A stretch of 61,923 nucleotides of DNA, counting the filler, from Bonamia ostreae (taxonomy: Eukaryota): the NCBI GenBank assembly GCA_040357525.1. It is 26 parts of 26 records of this genome, joined end to end, with 100 filler letters (N's around TTAATTAATTAA, not from the genome) between each part and the next. Parts side by side here need not be neighbours in the genome. Positions count along the whole stretch, not along the records: positions 50,174 to 52,445 come from JBDODL010000931.1; positions 52,546 to 54,817 come from JBDODL010000932.1; positions 54,918 to 57,187 come from JBDODL010000933.1; positions 57,288 to 59,556 come from JBDODL010000934.1; positions 59,657 to 61,923 come from JBDODL010000935.1; 21 more parts are not named here. One strand, given 5' to 3'. Position 1 is the first letter of the stretch. Every line of letters begins with the position of its first letter. Shown here piece by piece: positions 52,202-61,923 of this stretch. Under the pieces are notes generated by a model. That model saw only the letters and a program-made list of their open reading frames with translations, had not been told where the DNA came from and made no database searches. A program made the position numbers and the translations under genes.

Positions 52202-52545
52202 ATTGATTTCAGTATCTTTTCTACGATGACCAAAAACAGGAAATTGTCTAGTTTGTTGATGGTTGGTTATACCTACGAAAACGTAAATATGCATAACGTA
52301 TAATATATCGGCATTCATACGCATGGATGCACATGAAAATCATAATTCGAGGCACTTAGCATCGTTTCTCGAGATTGTTGGGGGATGACATTACAATTGT
52401 TACAAATAAGAACTAATAACCTAAAGAACTTATATTGTGTAAGCTNNNNNNNNNNNNNNNNNNNNNNNNNNNNNNNNNNNNNNNNNNNNTTAATTAATTA
52501 ANNNNNNNNNNNNNNNNNNNNNNNNNNNNNNNNNNNNNNNNNNNN

Positions 52546-53930
52546 TTTGGAATTGGAAATAATGGCGCCTATCTAGTTCATCTAGTCTCTCGCGTTTGCA
52601 TTCTTCGCAAAAATAAGTTTCCATTTTGTCACATTTTTCTTGTGTTAAACCAACACAAATTTGATGATACCAAACTCTGCAAGAATCACATTGCACCATT
52701 GGCGCACTTAGCGAATATTTCCCGTTGCAGAAACAGTACGAGTTTCTTTTTTGACGACGTCTCGAAGATCGGCCATAGCGATCTTCGGAGATATTATTTG
52801 TTCTCTCTAAATTACAAAAATTTATTCAAATTTATAAAATTTGTCGAATTACAAAAAAAATCGATTTTGGCAATGAAACCCGAAATTTATAAATTTTATA
52901 CAAAATTGAAAAAAAAGTTTAAATAAAGCACTTTCTAGTTTAAATCGCTTTGATTTTTTTATGTCCTCGAGTTCTTCTGTAAGATTGGAAATCTCGTCTG
53001 AAATTTGTTCGACGGTCCAAGTTTCGGCTGATTTTTTGTAATAAGCAAGAGACTGCTGAGTAGTCTCTGGGGATTCCAAGTTTAATTTAAACGTTGCCAT
53101 GTTTTGAGCCAGTTTCGGACTTTTTAAGGTCTCGAATTCATCGTGATCAGAATCGTCGTCAGCAAAATTGTAATCAGAGTCACTTTTCTGTGTTCTATCG
53201 AAGACCATTTCGAAGTCTAATTTAGTATTTTAGTAATTCCGATATAATATTACAAGTTTTAGTTTTTTAGCTTTACGATTATGGCTTAAAAAGAGACGAA
53301 AATACAATAAACTCGTTTATTATTTTGATGATAATAGAGGTTGAGTATCAGTTGTCTCTTCTGTTTTATGGCCGTGAAGTTCTTCAGACAAATGGGATGA
53401 CCGCAAATTATCAAAATTTATGTTCAATTTTTTGTTTGAAAATGGGATTCTAAATGACCAAATATTTTCCTCTTTTTCATTGATTTTGTTGTTTCGGTGG
53501 TCAACAAATTCTACCAAATTTTAATTTTGGCCAATTTTAATAGCAAAGAACCTTCTCTTAATCTCGCTGGGATTAGTCTATAATTTTTAATGACTGTTTT
53601 GTTGCATAATATGTCGACGCTATAAATTCCGTCTTCCGGAAAATAATAAAAATAGACGATTCCGTCAATAGTTTTCTTCTAGATTTGAAAGGTTAAGCTT
53701 AAAACATCAAAATGTAAATTGTTCGCTTTGAATTCAATGAGATCGTTCGGTTTTGCTCCCGAAACGACGATTACTCTTTCGTTCGATCTTATAGAAATAT
53801 TTAGTGGCTCGTTGAAACCTATTTTATTAAAATCAAACCGTTCATTTTGCTAAAATCGAAACAACGTGTTATTAGCAGTTTTTCTATATAATTTAACTTT
53901 TGAACTTAGTTTTGTTATATGGTTGACATT
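52546..53930 (-). CDS. PHD-finger protein (multi-exon, partial)
   Basis: YCFC...MVQCDSCRVWYHQICVG...YFCEEC; upstream same-strand ORFs probably belong to the same gene. Confidence 0.75.
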
Positions 53931-55548
53931 TAAAATTGCATTGTTTGATTTGTTATAAAGCTTTAATAGATTTTCATGTTTTGTTCGTTTTCGAAGATTA
54001 TGTCGAATTTTTATTCAATTTAAGTTTCATTTTTTCTATAAATTTCAATAAAAATCTTTAAAAATGGCGAATATCGAAAATGCCATAAGGAGGTGTGTAA
54101 ATAGGATTTTAACAAAGATAGAAAAAATAAAGAAAGACATTGAAAGAAAAAAATTGAAAAAAAGTAATAAAATAAAAAAAAGTAATTAAAAGAAAAAATT
54201 GAAAAAAAAGTAATAAAATAAAAAAAGTAATTAAAAGAAATTAAAAAAAAAAGAAATTAAAAGAAATTAAAAGAAAATGAAAATTTTAAATATAAAAAAT
54301 CATTTTTTTATATTTAAATATTTTTTTAAGAAAAAGAGCAAAGCATAAATATTGGTCACATTACTGAGAATCTCGGACCGCATTAGTGATTGCTGAACCA
54401 TCTTGAGATATTTGTGTGTTTTTCAATTTTTCTGTAACTTCTGAAACTGTTCCCTCCAAACGTTCTTCGACTGCTTTTTCTTTAAATTCTTCGCGCTTCG
54501 AATTCTTGGCGCTTAGCTATTTTCAAAATTGTTTTTAGTACAATTTGGTCAATTAAATAAATGTCATTTTTGGTGGAATTGTGATGATTTTTATATTGTT
54601 TAAAAATACAATATTTTTTAAAATAGACAAAAACAAAAATTCAAAAAATAAAAAAAATTATCGCAAATTGTCTAAAAAAATTTAAAAAATCTCAAAAATA
54701 AAAAAAATGTCGAAATGTTAAAAACGTTTTGTTGCGACTTTTGATTGATTTTTCTGTCGGAATCGAAACTATTTTTTTTGCCTGAATTTCTTTTCTTCTT
54801 CTCGCTGCTTCGGAGACNNNNNNNNNNNNNNNNNNNNNNNNNNNNNNNNNNNNNNNNNNNNTTAATTAATTAANNNNNNNNNNNNNNNNNNNNNNNNNNN
54901 NNNNNNNNNNNNNNNNNCATTTCTAAATAAGTTTTATTGGAAGTTGCTATTTTTAAGTTGCTTTTGGCAATTATATTGAGTTGATCATCAATGTTGCTTC
55001 TATTCTCCTTCAATCCTTTCCATAACTACAATGCTGCTTCAATGTTTTGTCGAATTTGTGCTTTTATATATTTAATCATCAATTACTTCCATTTTCTCGA
55101 GAGATCTTATTAATTCCTAACTTCTTTATTACTCTTTTTTCACTTTGCGCCTGTTGTTTGGACTTATTTGAAGTAGAGATAAATGACTTACAATCTCTAA
55201 TTTTGACTTCTCTTTTCGCCACCGCTTTGGCCAGTTTTCTTCGTCACAAATTAAGGACGAACGTTTTCTTTAAATTTATGTCGATTATAAATAGAAACAC
55301 TTTATTTACAGTGCAGATGTCTACATTTTTAATACCTTTGCTACCTTTGACAAATAATTAGTAACGCTACTGCGTTAATGATGACGAGACAAGTTGGAAT
55401 TATTTCCATTTGGGGTGACGTTTTATTATAATGTGAAAATATCAAAAATGAAAGTTTTCCCTCAAATAAATTGTCAGAAATAATTTAAATTGAGCAAAAG
55501 AATTAGGAAAACAGAAAATTACTATTCAAAAAATTAAAGTAATCTTTT

Positions 55549-56401
55549 TTATTCAAAATAAGATTTTAGAATAGGCCACATCTTATCAACGCCCAAACGC
55601 AAATCAAATCTTTGAAGCAGCCCCCTCTCCAAATAAGCCCTTTTTATCGGTCCATAATTGTCTTTGTAAAGGTTCAATCTCTTTTCGATAATTTCTCTGT
55701 TGTCATCGGCTCTCTGAAACAACTTTCCGTCGCATTTGTCACAATGTCCCGTTCGTTTCGGAAGAAGCGGCGGCATTTTGTATTCTTTTGTGTCGATTGA
55801 GTACAAATTGTACGATTCGCCGCATTTTTCACATGCTCTTCGAGCTAAAGCTTTTTCTATCAAAATCTCTTCTTTGAGATTGATTTCCAAAACAAGATTT
55901 ATCTGTGATACTTTGTCTAGAAGATGTATTTGTTTAAGAGTTCTTGGCACTCTTTTCATTTAATTCAATTTTTGTTTAAAATTATTTTAACGTTCGAAAT
56001 GTCAATTTTTTTTTAATTATTTTAACGTTTGAAATGTCAATTTTTAAAATTATCTAACGTTCGACAATTTTTATTAAATTTTACAACCCGTCAAGAATAT
56101 AGCCGTTGAGAGCGTCTTTTTCGCGGATGCGGTCATTAATAATTTCCATTAACAAAAAATCATCAATAAAATCTCCTCTCGCAGTGATTTCTTTAACTTT
56201 GAGACCAGTTTCAGTTTTGTTTTTGATGTTTTCTCTAATAAGATCACCCGAAGAAATGTGAGGAATTTGCAGAAATGGTGCCAGTCTTTTCGCGTAAGTG
56301 CCCTTTTGTTGTATTTAAATAACTTTTCCGCTTCCTGGTGCACCAACAAAGACTATATTTTTACCTTTTCTTAATAAAGATGTTATAATTTTTTTGTCCA
56401 T
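55549..56401 (-). CDS. Adenylate kinase, long type with Cys4 LID
   Basis: GAPGSGK|GT (21-nt intron), HISSGDLIR, GYILDG, RRACEKC..CDKC..QRADD. Confidence 0.92.
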
Positions 56402-56767
56402 TTTTAAAGCTTTTTAAGAAAATATATATAAAGTCTTTCGGTTTTTATATTTGATTTTTTCTCTGAAATTTAAATACGCAAAATAAAAAATGGTCTTTGA
56501 CAATTTACAACGATCCTCTGTTCACGTCTATAGGCTGTTTTGTAAGAGGGTCAATAATGGCCAGAGCTTTCGATTTCCGCAACTTACACAGATACTTTGT
56601 CGGCCGCACCTTTGTCGCTCTTCTTCGACCTCTTTCATCGCTCACCACACAAAATCTCACTCTCGTTCCTTTCTTTTACAAAATTCAAATTTATGGATAA
56701 AATTTGCAAAATAAATTGGTAAAATCACAAAATCGATAACTTTCAAAAATTAAAAAATCGATTTTGG

Positions 56768-57187
56768 TCAAAAATTAAATTCGGCTATCAAAATTTTAAA
56801 AACACAAATTCCTTGCGCATCTGGCGTATCCTCAACAAAGAAATAGACTTCCTCCGGAGGTTGATCTACCGAAATAACACCAACGCCGCGACTTTCACTG
56901 TACCAACGCACAACTCCATCTTTCACACGTTCACTGCTCAAAGTAAGAGGCCCATTGAGCCGCTCCAATCGCCACCCCGTCCGACATTCTTCTTGGACCA
57001 AAGTGTTTTCGCGCGTCAAAAATTTTGACTCTTTTTGGCTTTGCCAGCGCCGCACAAAATCGCGCTCCGCGGAACTTATTCGCTTTTGCCGCTTTTTGCT
57101 CCAGCGAAAATTTTTCGACATCAATTTTTTGCTCTTTTCTGGTTGCAACAACGATTCGCTCTTTTTGTTTCCGTCGTTTTTCAGCAA
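56768..57187 (-). CDS. Cold-shock-domain-like protein fragment
   Basis: GVVRWYSESRGVGVIS...EVYFF resembles the CSD RNP motifs. Confidence 0.5.
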   Translation of the reverse strand: MLKNDGNKKSESLLQPEKSKKLMSKNFRWSKKRQKRISSAERDFVRRWQSQKESKFLTRENTLVQEECRTGWRLERLNGPLTLSSERVKDGVVRWYSESRGVGVISVDQPPEEVYFFVEDTPDAQGICVFKILIAEFNF

Positions 57188-57287
57188 NNNNNNNNNNNNN
57201 NNNNNNNNNNNNNNNNNNNNNNNNNNNNNNNTTAATTAATTAANNNNNNNNNNNNNNNNNNNNNNNNNNNNNNNNNNNNNNNNNNNN

Positions 57288-58631
57288 TTCTATCTCTCTA
57301 TGTAACAAAAAAGCATCTCTGATGCCCATGTTTAACCCTTGTCCCGCCAAGGGGTGTATAGAATGGGCAGAGTCTCCAATTAAAACAATTCTCTTTTTCG
57401 CAGTCGAGGGGCAAATGGCCTTGGATAACGGGAATCCAGCCCTTTTGCCAACAACTGATATCATTGATGGCGGAAAACCGCTTTTGTCATCATTAATGCC
57501 CGGGAACAAATTTGTAAAAACTTGCGAAAGTTCGCCCCAAAAAGTGCTGGAAATGCATTTGGGTTGGTTTTCAGCGTTTTTGCTCAATTTCACAGTCAAA
57601 AATCGATTCAGTTCATCGATAAAATCTCCATCCGCCATTCTAAGCAATTTTTGAGCATGTTGCGAGCTCGTCGACCAAACAACACTGCTGGTTTCTTCGT
57701 TCAAAGGTAATATCCCGATAGGGCCATCGTCAATGAATCGTTGGTAACAAGTCAAAATTTTATTCTTTTCGTGTTTTACTGTAGCCACAACAGCCATTTT
57801 GCCATATTCTTTTTTATTGTATTCAAATCCAAATGCTTTTCTTACCACAGAATTGGCTCCATCAGCGCCAATCTTTTATTTAAAATTTTTATTTACTTTT
57901 TAAAATGGCGGCAATCCAAAAACAACTGAAATTTAAATTTATATTGATTTAAAATAATCACTAAAGTCAAAAACGATTAATTTTGCATTAATTTCCTTAT
58001 TACCGATTTTGACAACGGGTGGATTTTGACCAAAGTTTGGTTTTTCGCAATTTAAATATTTTGTTTTCTCGTCATTCTTCAAAAAATATGTTTTGTTTTC
58101 ATTCAAATTTGAAAGTACATTGCTCAAAATTTTGTCCTCGACAATATGTCCCAAATTATCTAATTTGTTATATGTTAGTTCTCCTGCGATAAACTTGAGC
58201 CTACCCTTTAACAAACAATCATAAATTTCCATTTTTTTGTATGGCGTTTTTCCGCTGAAAAAGTTCCAAGCGTTTATTGATTCAAATACTGACCGGGAAA
58301 AATGATTTATTGCGTAAACTCTAACATCAAAACCGCCATTTTTTGGGGAATTTGGCGTTTTCTCCAAAATCAAAGTTTTTAAGTGGGATGTCAATTTGCT
58401 CTTTGCTGGTATTTTTATCGAGTAAGCAAAATTTGTGATTTTAGAAAATTTGATACATATATTCAAAATTGAATGGCAATAAAAACACAAAAGAGAAGCC
58501 AGTGTGTTCCCGACAATGCCTCCACCGACAATTACTACATCGTAGTTTGCCTCGGGAGTTTTTAAAGAGCATAATTTTCTAAGTGCTTTTAAATCAACTT
58601 TTATCCCACTTTTTTTATATTTAGCAAACAT
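57288..58631 (-). CDS. COQ6: Ubiquinone biosynthesis monooxygenase Coq6 (partial)
   Basis: YDVVIVGGGIVG, RVYAI, GADGANSVVR, YQRF..DGPIGILPL and LIGDSAHSIHPLAGQGLNMG. Confidence 0.9.
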
Positions 58632-58764
58632 CTGAAATCGATAATTTTAAGTGTTAAAAAGCAAAATTAAACTTAGTGCTAAAATGTAAAAATTATAAAA
58701 TTAAACCTGTTGTAAAGTCTAAATCTAAGATTTTGCTAAATATCCAAAAGACGGAAATAATCTG

Positions 58765-59499
58765 ATGCTAAGAGGTGTTAAATTAGCTCAATTGAAACCA
58801 AAAATTGGGTTTCTTCAAAAAAGGAACTTTCGTTCCGATTTCGCCGGAGTCAGCGGATTTAGCCGCTTCATGCTTCACAAAGATCCTTATTATGAGCAAA
58901 GAGTAAAGGAATACACCGAACCTAAAAAACCCGCCATTACAGTTTCGGTTACAGGCGCTGCTGGGCATATCGGATATGCTCTGCTTTTTAGGATCGCTAG
59001 TGGACAAATGTTCGGGCCAAACCAGCCCGTTTATATAAACGCGATCGAACTCCCTTTCGTTCTTAGCAAACTTCGCGGAGTCGTTTAATCAATTATAGCC
59101 ATTCTAAAAGGAAATGGAATTGAAAGACTGTGCGTTTCCACTTCTGAAAGGAATAAAATGCACTGACAAATATGAAGAAGGTTTTGCGAATACCAATTAC
59201 GCGATTTTGGTCGGGTCGAAACCTCGTGGCCCAAACCAAGAACGATCTGATCTAATAAAAGACAACGGCGTGATTTTCCAAGGCATTGGCAGAAGCTTAA
59301 ACAAACACGCAAACACGAATTGTAAAGTGTTTGTAGTCGGGAATCCGGCGAACACAAATTGCCTGATTTGCGCACACAACGCTCCCGATTTGGATCGGAA
59401 AAATTTCACCGCAATGATGCGTCTAGACCACGACCGGGGTTTGGCCATGGCTGCTGACAAAGTTGGGCAGGATCCACAACACTTAACAGAATATTTTGT
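58765..59499 (+). CDS. Malate dehydrogenase, cytosolic/Thermus-type family, with presequence-like N-terminus (partial)
   Basis: [37 protein letters not shown] (28-nt intron 59083-59110), VVGNPANTN and RLDHDR. Confidence 0.93.
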
Positions 59500-59825
59500 G
59501 TACTTCTTATTTTGTAAAACTAATTTTAAATAAATTTTGTATAAACGAATATTTTGNNNNNNNNNNNNNNNNNNNNNNNNNNNNNNNNNNNNNNNNNNNN
59601 TTAATTAATTAANNNNNNNNNNNNNNNNNNNNNNNNNNNNNNNNNNNNNNNNNNNNTTGCATTGGCAAACTAGATCGTTGTAAAGATCATATAATTCGCG
59701 AAATGCTGACTCTAAGCTTTAAACATCAAGTTTGAAACATTTTTAGAGAAATGAATTTTTGATCTAAATTTGCAATAGCAAAAATCTCATTTTAAATTGT
59801 CTTTAAAAGTCTTTTATCGACTTAC

Positions 59826-61585
59826 TGCGTACTCTCGCATAAATCCATCATCATTATTTTCTCTTTCGTCCCAAATTTTTGACTCCAGTTTATCTAAATG
59901 GATATCTGGTATGACCATCTCATTCAAATAATCGTTTCTGTAAGGATGTTCTGAGTGAATCCGCTCGTACTCATCAACTTCAGCCCCATGACTCAAATTT
60001 GAACGTATTTGCGGCTTCTTGTTTTCTGAATTCATATATACGATTTCCCGGTTTTTCGAAGGAGATGGACGTTTTTCATCAACAGTGTTAAAGTCTTCTT
60101 GAGAGTCGTTTGTCTTAGCTACAGTTGCAAAAAAGGAGCATACATTTTTTTTTATAATGTTCTCATATAATGATTTTATACGTTATAAAGTGAAACAGCA
60201 ATCATGAAAACCATTCCTGTTAAAAATGTGTAGGAAGTATCTTTTGTGAGTTACACATTATTTTGCGAGGAATAATTCATATCCAAGTACTTTATATGTA
60301 AAAAAAAAACAAACCCAAAACGAATCAATAGAAATATGTAGTGGTTAGGTTTGTCACGTCCGAACTGGGAGGTCCAAAGTTGGCCTCTAAGATGTTGAGG
60401 ATGAATAAAGATCCCTCTTCATTACGATCTTCAGGGTCATGTATAGGTCACAACCTTTGTGACTTCACAAAAACAACATACATAGCACGGTACACATTGC
60501 CATGTATATGTCAACATTAGTTGGAATTTTGCCAAAAGTTTGGGCATAAAATTACACACACGTTACACATTGACAAACACGAACATGTGTATGTAGGATT
60601 TCTAATAATTCAAAGGGTCATTTCACTCACACATTTTAAAAATATAACGACAACAGTTTGTTCTCATACTTTGCGTGACGCCTTGTGTCTTCCTTCCTTG
60701 TTCCTGTGNNNNNNNNNNTATATCTGAAATAATATGGGACAAGTTTGAAAAAATTAAGAAGATACATGTAGAACTGAAGTCAGAAAATCATTAAGGTGTA
60801 TAAGAAACAAATCTTCAACATTTCCAGTCTTAATGAATCATATGAGAGTCCATTCCTATTCTAAAGTGAGAAGTTGCTTTTACATCCACATGTGAAATTT
60901 AAGGCAAGTGTAATTGTATGCATTGATTGACCTCCATTCCTCTTCCTTCCATTTTAAAATGTTAATCATATTAATGAAATTAAAATTTTATTTTTACAAG
61001 TATTATCTCTATTACCCTCAAAGTCTATGTATCAATAAAAGTACTGAAAGTGCCCGAAATGCGGAATTTAAAATGGGAGTCATGCGGTTCGTTCCTATAT
61101 AGGGCCAACGCGTCAGCATCTCTATTAGAACCGTTCACTACCAATCTCAAAGTGTTCCGTTCCCTATCAGAACCGTTCCGTTTAAACCTGTCAGCGTTTG
61201 TTCACCGTTCCACTGATGTAGTAGCATGCTTCAGGGTATGTAACTTCAAATTCTTGTTTACCCTGCATTTATACATACATACCAAGATACACTGTTTCAG
61301 TATTATTTTTGGGATATTGTATTATCAAAGGAATATCCACTAATCTTACAGAAGGATTATGGAAACGATTTCCAATTGTTAGGATATGAACCTTCGATTC
61401 CACAGATACAAAAAATCACTTGCAGCTTCTTTATACATCAGTTTTAGTGTAGACACGAGCAGTGAGTACCTTCTCAGCATCAACAATATTACAACAACCA
61501 GCAAACAAGCTAATGCCACGCCGACAACACCACCTAGGATAGGAACTAGATTGATATCTTCAGGTCCGACTTTCTGTTCTTGTAC
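59826..61585 (-). CDS. Exons of an animal receptor-type tyrosine phosphatase-like gene (TM plus juxtamembrane), probable host DNA
   Basis: TM exon ILGGVVGVALACLLVVVILLMLR; exon ending IHLDKLESKI..ENNDDGFMREYA|GTAAG resembles the segment preceding a PTP domain; introns of hundreds of bp to ~1 kb. Confidence 0.55.
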
Positions 61586-61923
61586 CTGATGAAAGAATCG
61601 TATAGATTTGAACATACGCTCAACACAATGTTTATTTCATCATCATTGAATATTGCCTTGTATATCTATTGTTTCAACCTTGATTGTAATTGCTCACCGT
61701 CATCATTTGTAAACACGTTCCGTCAATGGAATTACAGGTTTGATTGACACATGCTGTACTACATTTATATGCACAGTTATACCCATGGTACTGCGATTCA
61801 CACTCAGAAATATTACGTTTTTAAATATAATGTATAAGAATACGTACTCCGTGAAATAATATCAGTTCTTATGTTATATTACCTTCTCCACATAACATCC
61901 CATAAAACACTCTGTCACACCCA

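Noticed and set aside
55378-55440. ATGATGA box-C-like motif (snoRNA?)
   Set aside because: No suitably placed CTGA box D; the opposite strand looks like the start of a coding exon.

Overview
This window is not a continuous locus. It is 26 unrelated contigs of about 2.3 kb, sorted by decreasing length and joined by an artificial N44-TTAATTAATTAA-N44 spacer, so adjacency across spacers means nothing. About 22 contigs come from a very compact, AT-rich eukaryote with an aerobic mitochondrion (mtHsp70, COQ6, a small Tim chaperone, bL25). Its genes are interrupted by tiny GT-AG introns of 19-28 nt, mostly with a GTT(T) donor, plus longer introns filled with tandem repeats. About four contigs (21615-23902, 38297-40572, 50174-52445, 59657-end) look like animal DNA; one has receptor tyrosine phosphatase-like exons with GTAAG-type donors. 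This mix suggests an invertebrate parasite sequenced with host DNA, for example an ascetosporean/haplosporidian such as Bonamia; that assignment is an inference and is not verified. Recognisable genes include RBM19/MRD1, a DENN protein, OCRL-like phosphatase, CCT3, an Mx-like dynamin, PRMT, BUD23, PFKFB, PUS1, ABCG, ALDH3, a sterol reductase, RRP36, ITPA, symplekin, CNOT1, POLE, nicastrin, adenylate kinase, COQ6 and MDH. The most interesting observations are a vault-RNA-like Pol III ncRNA, the micro-intron system with its unusual donor consensus, ~1 kb GC islands that each switch from C-rich to G-rich, and secreted Link-like and Sushi-like surface proteins.
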